Shown one piece after another: positions 30,146 through 39,573 of a stretch of 64,000 nt of DNA (its first letter is position 1; the number at the start of each line of letters is the position of its first letter). The translations under genes were made by a program, and so were the position numbers. This stretch comes from an archaeon (GTDB lineage Archaea > Nanobdellota > Nanobdellia > Woesearchaeales > UBA9642). The notes below the pieces were generated by a model. The model was not told the DNA's origin, did no database searches, and saw only the letters and a list, made by a program, of their open reading frames with translations. The DNA lies in assembly GCA_020057295.1 (NCBI GenBank), contig JAGVGF010000002.1, positions 24,776-88,775 of the forward strand, given 5' to 3'.

Positions 30146-30793
30146 ATGATTGTTAAACAAATTTCTAAAAACATTTACTTAATTAAATTCAAGACGAGAA
30201 ATGATTTGACATCAACGTTATTAAGATTTCAAGAACATTATGAATCACCAAAATTTAAAGGCAAAATATTCACGCTTGAAGAATATAAGAAATGGTATAT
30301 TAAAAACTCTCCTAAAGGCATAAAGACTGGAAAATTTACGTACTATAAGGATTGGAGCGGATTTAACATTCCATCACACATATTACAACCATTTTATAGA
30401 GGATTATTTAATCCATTAACAGAAGCGGAAAAATCTATATTACACGTTTTTAATAAAATAAGAAATAAAAAATTCTATATAATCGGAGTATATGGTGATG
30501 TCGATAAAAGTATACTGAAACATGAGATAGCTCATGGAATGTATTATTCAAATAATAATTATCATAAGGAAGTAAATGCTGTTCTTAAAAAGATGGATTC
30601 AATTGCAGTCAAACAAATTATTAAGTATTTCAAGAAAAATGCAGGATATCATAAAGATGTATATTTAGATGAAATTCATGCATATACACTTACAGAAAAA
30701 GGTTTATTAAAGAAGCGTGGTGTAGATGTTCATAGAATTCTTAATACACGTAAAGAATTACTACAATTATTTAAGAAATATTCTTCTAGATAA
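30146..30793 (+). CDS. hypothetical protein with HEIAH (HExxH) metallopeptidase-like motif
   Basis: 215 aa. Single ILKHEIAHGMYY motif, otherwise unassigned. Confidence 0.35.
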   Translation: MIVKQISKNIYLIKFKTRNDLTSTLLRFQEHYESPKFKGKIFTLEEYKKWYIKNSPKGIKTGKFTYYKDWSGFNIPSHILQPFYRGLFNPLTEAEKSILHVFNKIRNKKFYIIGVYGDVDKSILKHEIAHGMYYSNNNYHKEVNAVLKKMDSIAVKQIIKYFKKNAGYHKDVYLDEIHAYTLTEKGLLKKRGVDVHRILNTRKELLQLFKKYSSR

Positions 30794-30835
30794 TACTAAA
30801 AATTTATAAATAGTTCATATCATTAAGTTTATCTG

Positions 30836-31372
30836 ATGTCAATACTTTACCACGGTACGAATATTAGAAATGGTATAATCTATTCTTCACATAATGCATT
30901 ATTGTCTTCTTTTGATATTCAACTTGAACAATTAAGAGCTGCAGGCGGTACTACTAATCCTATGGATAATAAATCTTTAGAGAAATTAGCCAGTGATTTA
31001 AGAGCTTTAGAAATACGGAGGTATGAACATAAACATGATCGTGCAGTTATTGTTACTGAAGATTTTGATACTGCTCTAACTCAATCAAAACTTTCTATTA
31101 CAGAAAATTTTGTTGGAAAACATCTAATCTTGGGTTTAAATCTTGATAACTCTATAGTTAACAGATTATCGCCTGATGGTGACGTTTATAGTTTAATGAT
31201 TCCTAGAAGATTACCATTAACTGGACTTGTAGAATTATATTTTGAACATACTCCAACAAATTTACGTGCTATGAAACTGGCTTTTGGAAGATTTAACCCT
31301 ACATATCTACAATTATCAGATTATCACGAAGAAACAGATCCTGTCGTAATTTCTCAAAGCGTTACACTTTAA
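30836..31372 (+). CDS. ADP-ribosyltransferase-fold-like protein (N-terminal LYHGT motif as in Tpt1/KptA/PARP H-G-S/T)
   Basis: 178 aa beginning MSILYHGTNIRNGIIYSS.... The H-G-T plus downstream Tyr pattern recalls the NAD-binding motif of the H-Y-E clade (E. coli KptA has FLYHGT). Confidence 0.35.
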   Translation: MSILYHGTNIRNGIIYSSHNALLSSFDIQLEQLRAAGGTTNPMDNKSLEKLASDLRALEIRRYEHKHDRAVIVTEDFDTALTQSKLSITENFVGKHLILGLNLDNSIVNRLSPDGDVYSLMIPRRLPLTGLVELYFEHTPTNLRAMKLAFGRFNPTYLQLSDYHEETDPVVISQSVTL

Positions 31373-31532
31373 CTTTAGTGTATTGTCCAATGCAATGTTT
31401 ACATGGCTTATCATCATGTGAACATCTATGCGTGCAACATCCAAAGTGTACAAACCCTTTATGATTATCACATAGAACTAAGCTATCTGGACTCTTCTCA
31501 AAATCTCCTGTACAGATTTTACAATTATCCAT
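31362..31532 (-). CDS. small Cys-rich zinc-ribbon protein (56 aa)
   Basis: Hand translation MDNCKICTGDFEKSPDSLVLCDNHKGFVHFGCCTHRCSHDDKPCKHCIGQYTKVKV with CxxC...C...CC..C...CxxC. Overlaps the 3' end of the 30836..31372 ORF by 11 nt, convergently. Confidence 0.3.
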   Translation of the reverse strand: MDNCKICTGDFEKSPDSLVLCDNHKGFVHFGCCTHRCSHDDKPCKHCIGQYTKVKV

Positions 31533-31597
31533 ATATTCACCCCTTACAATAATATACGGTAAAAACAGTATTTAAAGTTTATTGAAAAATAAGAAAA

Positions 31598-31671
31598 TGG
31601 GACGACTGAGATTTGAACTCAGGACATCTACGGCTTCAGCGTAGCGCTCTCCCAGGCTGAGCTATCGTCCC
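31598..31671 (-). tRNA. tRNA-Phe (anticodon GAA), no encoded CCA
   Basis: Hand-folded. Acceptor GGGACGA/UCGUCCC, D stem GCUC/GAGC, anticodon stem CUACG/CGUAG with loop CUGAAGC, T arm CUGAG-UUCAAAU-CUCAG, discriminator A. Confidence 0.85.
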
Positions 31672-31701
31672 ATTAATGCCTGTAGTAAAAAGATTAATTG
31701 T

Positions 31702-32289
31702 TCATTTAAATAGGTTATGTTTTTTAGTCTTCAAATCATATAATTTGCCAACTTGTATTTTCTTGTGATAAAAGAATAATGTTCTTTCAATGTCTCTTAC
31801 ATTGACATTAAATTGAACAGAATATTTTCTAAGTATTGTGAGATATGTTAGCCAGTCTTTTAGATTAAATCCTTGGCCGCCAGGTTTAGTTTTTACCTCG
31901 CCGTACTTATACAGCAATTGCCATACGCGTATATCTATTATTCCATAATTTTTTGGATCTGTAATTGTCAAGAGTGAGGATGCTACTGCAACAGATACAC
32001 CTTTTAGAGATGTTAAATATTGCATCTTTTCTTCTTCAGATTTCGTCGTAATTACTTTCTGTGATACTTTCTTGATTACTTCTTCAGAATTGTTTAGATA
32101 ATGATTTTTTGGCCTTGGAGTCTTCCACATCGCTACAGTATAGAATTGATCTTTTGTTAAGAGTTTCTTTCTTTTTACATCACTTAAATCTTTTATTAGT
32201 TGAATTGCTTCCTCAGTCTCTGATGCAGATAAATTATTTTTAATTAGTTCGTTGAGATTTTTATATTCTTTACTCATTTCACTAACCAA
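31702..32289 (-). CDS. helix-hairpin-helix DNA glycosylase-like protein (possibly 8-oxoG glycosylase type)
   Basis: 195 aa. LKGVSVAVASSLLTI resembles an HhH element. Weak assignment. Confidence 0.3.
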   Translation of the reverse strand: MVSEMSKEYKNLNELIKNNLSASETEEAIQLIKDLSDVKRKKLLTKDQFYTVAMWKTPRPKNHYLNNSEEVIKKVSQKVITTKSEEEKMQYLTSLKGVSVAVASSLLTITDPKNYGIIDIRVWQLLYKYGEVKTKPGGQGFNLKDWLTYLTILRKYSVQFNVNVRDIERTLFFYHKKIQVGKLYDLKTKKHNLFK

Positions 32290-33482
32290 TCTAATTCTTC
32301 TTTTTCTAGCTTGAAGTGTTCCATATTTTTTTCTACAAATTTCTTATCAGAATTCTTGAATATTATCCTGAGATATGGCATATTTTTTATTGCTTCTTTT
32401 CTTGATGTGTGTGTTTTTCCAGAAATTTTTTCTGCAATTGCTTTTCTTTTAGCATTTTTCTGGTTAGCCATCCATATCCTTAATATTCTATCGGTTGGTT
32501 TATATGATATAAAGTTCGGATTCTTTTCCGTCTTTGATATTGCAACTCCCACACTTAATAAGTTATATATGTATACATAAAATCTGTAATATTGCCATCT
32601 TCTTATTCTTCCAAAATACACGTCTGCTAATGATAGATTTTCGTATGCCTTAGCTAAATCTTCAGCTTTAGTATATTCTTTTGGCAGATTTTCATCTAAC
32701 CATAAAAATATTTTATCAATATCTTCTTCAACTTTATCATATGCGTTTATTGCTATTTCTGGACTTGTCGTCTTGAAAACTTTTAATAATGCATTTATTA
32801 TGGTTTCTTCACGTTCTCTGTCTGATGTTTCTTCAACATCCTTACGAGTAATTTTTCTGTTATTTCCACTAATATTTTCTAAATCATTTATTGCTGCTCT
32901 TAAATCTCCTTGCGATACTCGTGCCAAATGACTTATTGCATCTTCATCAAATTCTATTCCTTCTTTTTCACAGATACTTTTCAAGCGTACTGCTTGTTCT
33001 AATGCAGTTATTGCTTTATATTCTATCATTATAGAATTTTTTCTTATATCATTAAACTTTTGTTCCCATGGATCATTTGCTGTAAGAATTATTGGAAATG
33101 GTGATATATCGATAAATTTCACAATAGTTGAAACTCCACCACGATCTTCAGTTCCAGAAAGTCCATCAATTTCATCAATAAGAATTAATTTTCCTTTGCC
33201 AAATAATGACATCTGTTGAATTGCTGGTAGAACCTTGCTTTCTAAACCTTCAGTATTTCTAACATCTGAAGCATTTACTTCTATTATTTCTAAATCTAAC
33301 TCATTAGCTAATGCATGTATTGTGCTAGTTTTTCCAGTTCCAGAAGGACCATATATTAGTAATGCTTTACGAACTTTTCTAGAACTATACTCAGAAATCT
33401 TTTCTTTCAATTCCTTTAACGCCTTATCCTGACCAACTATTTCTTTAGTGGTTTTAGGCTTATATTTATAATTGAACGTCAT
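32274..33482 (-). CDS. rfcL: replication factor C large subunit
   Basis: 402 aa. Walker A GPSGTGKTS, EVNASD and LIDEIDGL...GG motifs characteristic of archaeal RfcL. Confidence 0.65.
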   Translation of the reverse strand: MTFNYKYKPKTTKEIVGQDKALKELKEKISEYSSRKVRKALLIYGPSGTGKTSTIHALANELDLEIIEVNASDVRNTEGLESKVLPAIQQMSLFGKGKLILIDEIDGLSGTEDRGGVSTIVKFIDISPFPIILTANDPWEQKFNDIRKNSIMIEYKAITALEQAVRLKSICEKEGIEFDEDAISHLARVSQGDLRAAINDLENISGNNRKITRKDVEETSDREREETIINALLKVFKTTSPEIAINAYDKVEEDIDKIFLWLDENLPKEYTKAEDLAKAYENLSLADVYFGRIRRWQYYRFYVYIYNLLSVGVAISKTEKNPNFISYKPTDRILRIWMANQKNAKRKAIAEKISGKTHTSRKEAIKNMPYLRIIFKNSDKKFVEKNMEHFKLEKEELDWLVK

Positions 33483-33530
33483 GATTGTAGGAGGGCGAAA
33501 GACTTTAAAAAGATGATTATGTTATGCCTT

Positions 33531-33992
33531 TTATTTTTTTAATATTTCTAGTATCTTATTAGCCTTATCTATTCTTCCAAGTTTTTTGTAAGCTTCATAT
33601 TCCTCGTGTAAGTCTATTAAGGGAATATTCATCTCTTCACATTTTTTTATTACTACTTTGTCGAAATTAGGAATTTTTTCCCATTCTCCATCCGTTTTAC
33701 ATTCTAAATCCGTAAATATTTCAACTTGCACTCCTGAAATATTAAATAATCCATATATTGATTTAAATTTTTCAGATTCTTTGTAATGTACTGTTTCGAT
33801 TGCGTATTCGTTCAATAGCTCGCCAATTTTGTTGATGCTTTCTTGATCTGTTTTTATATCAATATCTCTAACATCAACATCTACTCCGTGTATTGCTAGA
33901 GCAGTACTTCCTATTAGAACCCAGTTCAAATTATGCTCTGAAAATTTCTTAGTTATTATCCTTAACGCATCAATGTTTTTTTGTGGTATCAT
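33531..33992 (-). CDS. minimal nucleotidyltransferase (Pol-beta superfamily) domain protein
   Basis: 153 aa. IGSTALAIHGVDVDVRDIDI matches the hG[GS]-x9-13-DxD nucleotidyltransferase motif. Start overlaps the upstream gene's stop by 4 nt. Confidence 0.4.
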   Translation of the reverse strand: MIPQKNIDALRIITKKFSEHNLNWVLIGSTALAIHGVDVDVRDIDIKTDQESINKIGELLNEYAIETVHYKESEKFKSIYGLFNISGVQVEIFTDLECKTDGEWEKIPNFDKVVIKKCEEMNIPLIDLHEEYEAYKKLGRIDKANKILEILKK

Positions 33993-34900
33993 TTCAAACT
34001 TTCCAGATATTCGTCTTTTCTTGCGAACTTATGAACTCGTGCGAGTTTCTCGATTGCTCTGTCTGTACTTGATCCGTACTGTGCTGCTTTTTTTGGTCTT
34101 TCGGAATATTTTTCTAAATATGGTTCAGCAGCTTTACGTAAAATCATTTTCGAACCTTGAGAATTTATTTTAAATTGGATGGGAATCTTCATAGAATACT
34201 TGATTAATTCATCGTCTAGAAATGGCGTTGTAAATGAAAACTTTAATGCTTTTGGAATTGCCGAATCACGTATCAAATCTCTTTGATACATTTTTAATAA
34301 TCCCTCATAACATTCTTCATTTGTTGGATTATTTTTATGTCTATCATATCCTGCAAATATTTCTTCAGAACCAAGGCCAGAGAAAAATACTTGTTCATGT
34401 TTTGATATTGAGTGTGCGGCAACTTCAACTGAACCAACACCTACAGTAACAACATTGCACGCATTAGCAGATTTTAATATTTTTGTAGTTTTATGTATTA
34501 TTTGTTCTATTTCTTTTAGATTAAATATTTTAAATTTGAATTCATCATCGCTTAATTTAAGATGTTTTGCAACAAGCTGCGCTTGAACTATATCTTCAGG
34601 AACTTTAAACTGTCCGTCTTGAAAACCAACAGTATAACATGTGAAATTTGCCTTTAATTTTTTACAAATTGAAGCAATATAGCTCGAGTCAAGACCGCCA
34701 GAAAAACATATACCAACAGAATCTAGCCCTTCAATCCTTTCCTTTATAGCTTCATCCGTTAATTTTCTAACTTCTAAAGCAATTTTTGATTCAGAATCTA
34801 CTAATTCATTATCGATATTGGGTTTGAATCTTTCAATTATCTCAATCCATTCCTTTTCCGATATTAATTCTCCATTCTTAACAAAGAATTCCTGCTTCAT
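33989..34900 (-). CDS. PP-loop ATP pyrophosphatase, asparagine-synthetase C-terminal-domain-like (no glutaminase domain)
   Basis: 303 aa with the exact SGGLDSS PP-loop of the AsnB family. Lacks the N-terminal Cys-nucleophile domain. Confidence 0.55.
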   Translation of the reverse strand: MKQEFFVKNGELISEKEWIEIIERFKPNIDNELVDSESKIALEVRKLTDEAIKERIEGLDSVGICFSGGLDSSYIASICKKLKANFTCYTVGFQDGQFKVPEDIVQAQLVAKHLKLSDDEFKFKIFNLKEIEQIIHKTTKILKSANACNVVTVGVGSVEVAAHSISKHEQVFFSGLGSEEIFAGYDRHKNNPTNEECYEGLLKMYQRDLIRDSAIPKALKFSFTTPFLDDELIKYSMKIPIQFKINSQGSKMILRKAAEPYLEKYSERPKKAAQYGSSTDRAIEKLARVHKFARKDEYLESLK

Positions 34901-34969
34901 AATTATGTGAATGATTGACGTTTTTTAAATTTAATCAAACTTTATAAACTTCTAATCTCACATTTTGTT

Positions 34970-35557
34970 ATGGAGAATAAATTTCTTCCCCTTTTGGAAC
35001 TTGCATTGCCTTACTATGAGAAAGGCAGATCTATGGATGTTGAACACATAAAATGGTTGTGTGAAACAGTTCCAAAATACATTTCTGATAGTGAAGTAAA
35101 TCACGATATATTAATGCCTGTAGCAATACTTCATGATACAGGTTATTCAAAGATACCTAAAGGTTCTGATTCCTATAACTTAAATGTACGAAAAGCACAT
35201 TCAGAATTTGGAGCACAGATAGCTGAAGAAATAATGACTAAACTAGACTATCCGAGAGATACAATTGAAGAAGTAAAACGATTAATTCTCAAACACGATG
35301 ATTGGGCTTTTGGAGATTCATTTATTACTGAACCAGTTTTGCTTGCATTTAACAATTTTGATTTTATGTGGATGGCATCAGAAAAAGGATTTGAGTTATG
35401 TCGCTCTAATATGAATATAGAACCAGTTAAATATTATCATCTGGTTGAAAAGTTCAATAAAGATAATCTTGATCGTGGAAGTAGATGGTTTAATTCTAGA
35501 ACAGAAGAGTTATACTATAAATTGATGGCAGATCGAAGAAAAGAACTAGGAATATAG
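34970..35557 (+). CDS. HD-domain phosphohydrolase
   Basis: 195 aa. ...AILHDTGY and LKHDDWAF His/Asp motifs. Confidence 0.5.
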   Translation: MENKFLPLLELALPYYEKGRSMDVEHIKWLCETVPKYISDSEVNHDILMPVAILHDTGYSKIPKGSDSYNLNVRKAHSEFGAQIAEEIMTKLDYPRDTIEEVKRLILKHDDWAFGDSFITEPVLLAFNNFDFMWMASEKGFELCRSNMNIEPVKYYHLVEKFNKDNLDRGSRWFNSRTEELYYKLMADRRKELGI

Positions 35558-35620
35558 TTAAACTATACTGCTTTAATTATTCATATTAAACTTTATAAAC
35601 ACATATTTATTCTCGATATT

Positions 35621-36820
35621 ATGCAAATAGGTGTTGTGGGGAAAGCAAATGTTGGAAAGAGCACGTTCTTTAAGGCAGCTACATTAATGGATGTTCTAAT
35701 AGCTAATTATCCTTTTGCAACAATCAAGCCAAATCATGGCGTAGGTTTTGTGAAGATTGATTGTACTGACACATTCTTTAATACACAATGTAATCCTAGA
35801 GAAGGATTCTGTATTGATCATAAAAGATTTGTTCCTGTTGATGTTATTGATGTTGCAGGATTAGTTCCTGGAGCACATGAAGGTAAAGGTTTAGGAAACC
35901 AACTTTTAGATGATTTAAGACAAGCTCATGCACTCGTGCATGTTGTAGATTTTGCTGGTGCAACAAATGAGAGAGGAGAACCATCAGATCCAGGTTCAAG
36001 AGATCCTTATGATGATATTACATTTTTAGAGGAAGAAATAGATTTCTGGTATTTAGGAATTATAAATAAGGGATGGGAAAAGTTTGCACGACAAATTCAG
36101 CAAGAACATGGTGACCCATGTAAAGCTTTAGGTAAACAATTATCAGGATTAATGGTTACTGAAGAAATGGTTGATGATGTCATAAAAAAATTAAATCTGC
36201 CAAAAGACAAAGTTGTTGCATGGACTGAAAGAGATTTGATGGATGTAGCTAGATCATTAAGAAAATTAACTAAACCAATGATAATTGTAGCTAATAAGAT
36301 GGATATTCCAATAGCGCAAGAAAATTATCATAGAATAAAGAAAGAGCATCCAGAATTAACAATAATTCCTTGTTCAGCAGAATCTGAACTTGCATTGAAA
36401 GAGGCAGCAAAACATCAATTAATAAAATATCTTCCAGGAAACGATGATTTCGAATTTACAGATGATGGAAAACTTAATGATAAACAAAAATTTGCATTAA
36501 ATTTTATTAAAGAAAATGTTTTGAAAAAGATGGGTTCAACAGGCGTTCAAACGGCAATAAATGCAGCAGTGTTAGATGTCCTAAAATATATTGCAATATT
36601 TCCAGGTGGAGTAAACAAATTAACAGATCAATACGGAAGAACTTTACCAGATTGTTTCTTAATGCCTCCAGGAACGACAGCATTAGATTTCGCATTCAAA
36701 TTACATACAGATTTTGGTAAGAATTTCATTAAAGCAATCGACGTCAAAAGAAAGATGCCAGTCGGAAAAGACTTCCCGCTAAAACATTTAGACGTTGTAG
36801 AGATACATAGCGGGAAATGA
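35621..36820 (+). CDS. Obg-superfamily GTPase (Drg/YchF-like, probable C-terminal TGS domain)
   Basis: 399 aa. G1 GKANVGKST, G4 VANKMD, Gly-rich C-terminal domain. Confidence 0.55.
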   Translation: MQIGVVGKANVGKSTFFKAATLMDVLIANYPFATIKPNHGVGFVKIDCTDTFFNTQCNPREGFCIDHKRFVPVDVIDVAGLVPGAHEGKGLGNQLLDDLRQAHALVHVVDFAGATNERGEPSDPGSRDPYDDITFLEEEIDFWYLGIINKGWEKFARQIQQEHGDPCKALGKQLSGLMVTEEMVDDVIKKLNLPKDKVVAWTERDLMDVARSLRKLTKPMIIVANKMDIPIAQENYHRIKKEHPELTIIPCSAESELALKEAAKHQLIKYLPGNDDFEFTDDGKLNDKQKFALNFIKENVLKKMGSTGVQTAINAAVLDVLKYIAIFPGGVNKLTDQYGRTLPDCFLMPPGTTALDFAFKLHTDFGKNFIKAIDVKRKMPVGKDFPLKHLDVVEIHSGK

Positions 36821-36837
36821 TAAATTTTTTCTAGACA

Positions 36838-37530
36838 TTATTTTACAATATTTAATATCTCTTCAGGCTTCTTGATTGTGTAATCAGAGAATTTCTCTTC
36901 TCCGCCTGATGCATGACCCCATGTTACAAATATTGATTTCGCTTTCAATTTTTTTGCAGGTTCAAGATCTGATAATTTATCTCCGATGACATAAAGTATC
37001 TTACCTTGTTTTTTTAATAATTTTAAATTATCTTCATTCCCTATACCTAGTATTGGTGGTTGGCCATATATATAATCGAATTGTATATCTGATTTAGATA
37101 TTGCAATCATTCCAGATATTATGTCTGTTCTGACTCCTGAAACAATCGCTAATTTATATCCTTTGGACTGTAGTCTTTTTAATGATTCTATAAACCCTTT
37201 CGGAAATATATTTTTTCCATATTCTTTGGCAACCATAAACATTCCAATTTGAAACAAGTTTGTAGAAATTTGATTAAGATATTTATCTCCTGTGATATTC
37301 ATAAAATCCAAATCATTTTCTCTATATCTTATAGTCATTTCAGGTTCTAAACCTGTAAGTGTAGTGACAAATTCTCTATTTGCCTTGTATAATTCTTTAG
37401 GATTTGCATGTTCATATTTCGTTGGCAAACCTCTCTTTAGAATGCTTGATCTGAACTCATTAGCTTTTTCAATCATTTCTGCTTTCACTAATGTTCCAGC
37501 GAAATCTACAATTATTATCTTATTGACCAT
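36838..37530 (-). CDS. HAD-superfamily hydrolase
   Basis: 230 aa. N-terminal IIIVDFAGTL (DxxGT motif I) and YVIGDKLSDL (motif IV). Confidence 0.5.
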   Translation of the reverse strand: MVNKIIIVDFAGTLVKAEMIEKANEFRSSILKRGLPTKYEHANPKELYKANREFVTTLTGLEPEMTIRYRENDLDFMNITGDKYLNQISTNLFQIGMFMVAKEYGKNIFPKGFIESLKRLQSKGYKLAIVSGVRTDIISGMIAISKSDIQFDYIYGQPPILGIGNEDNLKLLKKQGKILYVIGDKLSDLEPAKKLKAKSIFVTWGHASGGEEKFSDYTIKKPEEILNIVK

Positions 37531-37561
37531 ACTTATAAAATAGAAATCATGTTAATAAATT

Positions 37562-38599
37562 TTACTCAATAACAATCTTGTCGCCGTATGCTTCCTCAAT
37601 TATTTGTTCTTTGCCTTTGAACTTTTGTCTGATTGGCGCAAGTAATTTATTGATTTCAACACCAACACCTGATTTTAAGTCCATTGGATGTAATTTTTTC
37701 GTAATAAATGCTTCATGTAATTCTTCTCGTGTCTTAAAATGTAATGGTCCGCCCCATTTTTCAGGTCTGTCAATAACAAATTCTTCATTCTTATCCATTT
37801 TCTGAGTCATTATAACTGTCTCTGCAAATTCTAGTACACCATTTTCTGGATCTCCTTCAAGACAGTATGCATTCTTTAATTTGTCTTTGATCGTTTTTTC
37901 ATCATCAATCAAGTCAATCTTAGAATTTTTAATACTACTAGACATTTTACCTTCTTGAGTTAATCCTCTTATAAATGGAATCATCAATTCAACTCTTGAC
38001 TTATATCCTACTTGTGGCAAGAATTCACGTGCAAAGACAAGAATCTTTCTCTGATCTAGTGCACCCATCTGAATATCTACGCCAAGATATTCTTCATCTA
38101 AAGCCTGCATTATCGGATAAATAAGTCCGGAAAGTTTAGGATTATCGCCCATTTTAACAACATCTGAGGCCGCCTTTGTACAATCTCTAATAGATGTTAG
38201 TGTAGACATCTTCAAAACATCAAGGATATAATCCTTATTAACCTGAAAATCTGATCCTTTAACAAGTTCAAAATTCTTCAAATCTCCACCCATAGCTTCA
38301 ATCATTGCTGGAATAACAATTTCATAATACTTATATCTCTTCTCAAGCAATTCCCACGGAGTATTATCTAATGCACCATGAATATCTGCTAATAATACTT
38401 TAACTTTAAATCCTGCTTTTAAGAAATCAGCTAGTTTCTGTACCCACGCAAAATATCCAATATGTGGTCTTCCAGTCACGGAAGTTCCAAGATATACGCT
38501 AGGATGCTTCTTTTCTTCTAATAATTTAATTAATTCCTCTTCTGTAATAATCTCTTGAGTATTACGCTTAATTAGCTGAAATCTCTCGTTAGTATCCAT
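37562..38599 (-). CDS. tyrS: tyrosine--tRNA ligase (archaeal type)
   Basis: 345 aa. The N-terminus ...IKRNTQEIITEEEL..., the HIGY class-I motif, GKMSSS (KMSKS), and C-terminal KLHPMDLK parallel Methanocaldococcus TyrRS. Confidence 0.8.
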   Translation of the reverse strand: MDTNERFQLIKRNTQEIITEEELIKLLEEKKHPSVYLGTSVTGRPHIGYFAWVQKLADFLKAGFKVKVLLADIHGALDNTPWELLEKRYKYYEIVIPAMIEAMGGDLKNFELVKGSDFQVNKDYILDVLKMSTLTSIRDCTKAASDVVKMGDNPKLSGLIYPIMQALDEEYLGVDIQMGALDQRKILVFAREFLPQVGYKSRVELMIPFIRGLTQEGKMSSSIKNSKIDLIDDEKTIKDKLKNAYCLEGDPENGVLEFAETVIMTQKMDKNEEFVIDRPEKWGGPLHFKTREELHEAFITKKLHPMDLKSGVGVEINKLLAPIRQKFKGKEQIIEEAYGDKIVIE

Positions 38600-38679
38600 A
38601 ATAATCAGAACCTCTGTTAATTTTAATAGTTTATTGTTTTAAAGAAAATATTATAAAAATTTGTTAAAAAATAAAAAGT

Positions 38680-38928
38680 TTATACCTTACGATAGATATA
38701 TACACAAATTCCTACAAGTATTACACCCATCAAAGTCCTACTAATTGCGCCAAGATCTACAGGAGCAGATTCTTCTGCAACAACATTAGCAGTTATACCA
38801 TTAGCGCCACTTGTAGTTGGTACGCCTGTATTAGCAGAATTTGTTAACATAAATACTACTCCTACCACAGCTACTATGCCTACAATCATCATAATATATA
38901 TTGGTGTCTTATCTTCCATTGGTTTCAC
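38680..38928 (-). CDS. small membrane protein (82 aa, N- and C-terminal TM helices)
   Basis: Hydrophobic ORF with a Thr/Ser/Gly-rich exposed middle segment. Confidence 0.35.
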   Translation of the reverse strand: MKPMEDKTPIYIMMIVGIVAVVGVVFMLTNSANTGVPTTSGANGITANVVAEESAPVDLGAISRTLMGVILVGICVYIYRKV

Positions 38929-38960
38929 CTTTTAACTTGATATATCTTCATCCATAATTT

Positions 38961-39524
38961 TTACCTTATTAGGTTGTGCTTCCTTAAATATTTTGTGTAT
39001 AATTCGAAATCTTTAGACTGTTTAAACTCCTCAAGCTTATCAGGAGGTAATTGAGCAATCCAATCATGTAACCCGTGTAACATTTCACGCAGTTCAGCAT
39101 CACTCATAACAACTTCATCATGCTCTTCAGATATAATATCTATATTTTTCACAGGAGTTATATCTTCTAAATCCACATCTTCATCCTTTGAGGGAGAGTT
39201 TTTTCTAGAAAAATTCAACTTCTTAAAAAATTTTCTTAATAATGACTCGTGTTCTTCTTCAATATCATGTTCTACTTGAATTTCGACTTTGTTAACTTCA
39301 TCAATTTTCTGCTCCATAGATTCTAATTCATGTTTATCTTCAGGAGTAATATTTTCACTAGTAGCAATTTTTTCGATATCTTTACGTAATTCTGCATCCA
39401 CATCAATATCCTTGCGTGGCTTTATCTTAGGCTTAAATTTTTGCCAGAAAGGCTTGTTCTTACGCTCATGCAAGTAAGAGTTTAAATCAGTATTAATATC
39501 AGTTTGTCGCATATACCTCACCAT
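38961..39524 (-). CDS. highly charged hypothetical protein (187 aa)
   Basis: Lys/Glu/Asp-rich, predicted helical. No motif. Confidence 0.35.
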   Translation of the reverse strand: MVRYMRQTDINTDLNSYLHERKNKPFWQKFKPKIKPRKDIDVDAELRKDIEKIATSENITPEDKHELESMEQKIDEVNKVEIQVEHDIEEEHESLLRKFFKKLNFSRKNSPSKDEDVDLEDITPVKNIDIISEEHDEVVMSDAELREMLHGLHDWIAQLPPDKLEEFKQSKDFELYTKYLRKHNLIR

Positions 39525-39573
39525 AATTACTTATTATTACTGTTTATAGTCAATCATATTTAAATTTATTGTT

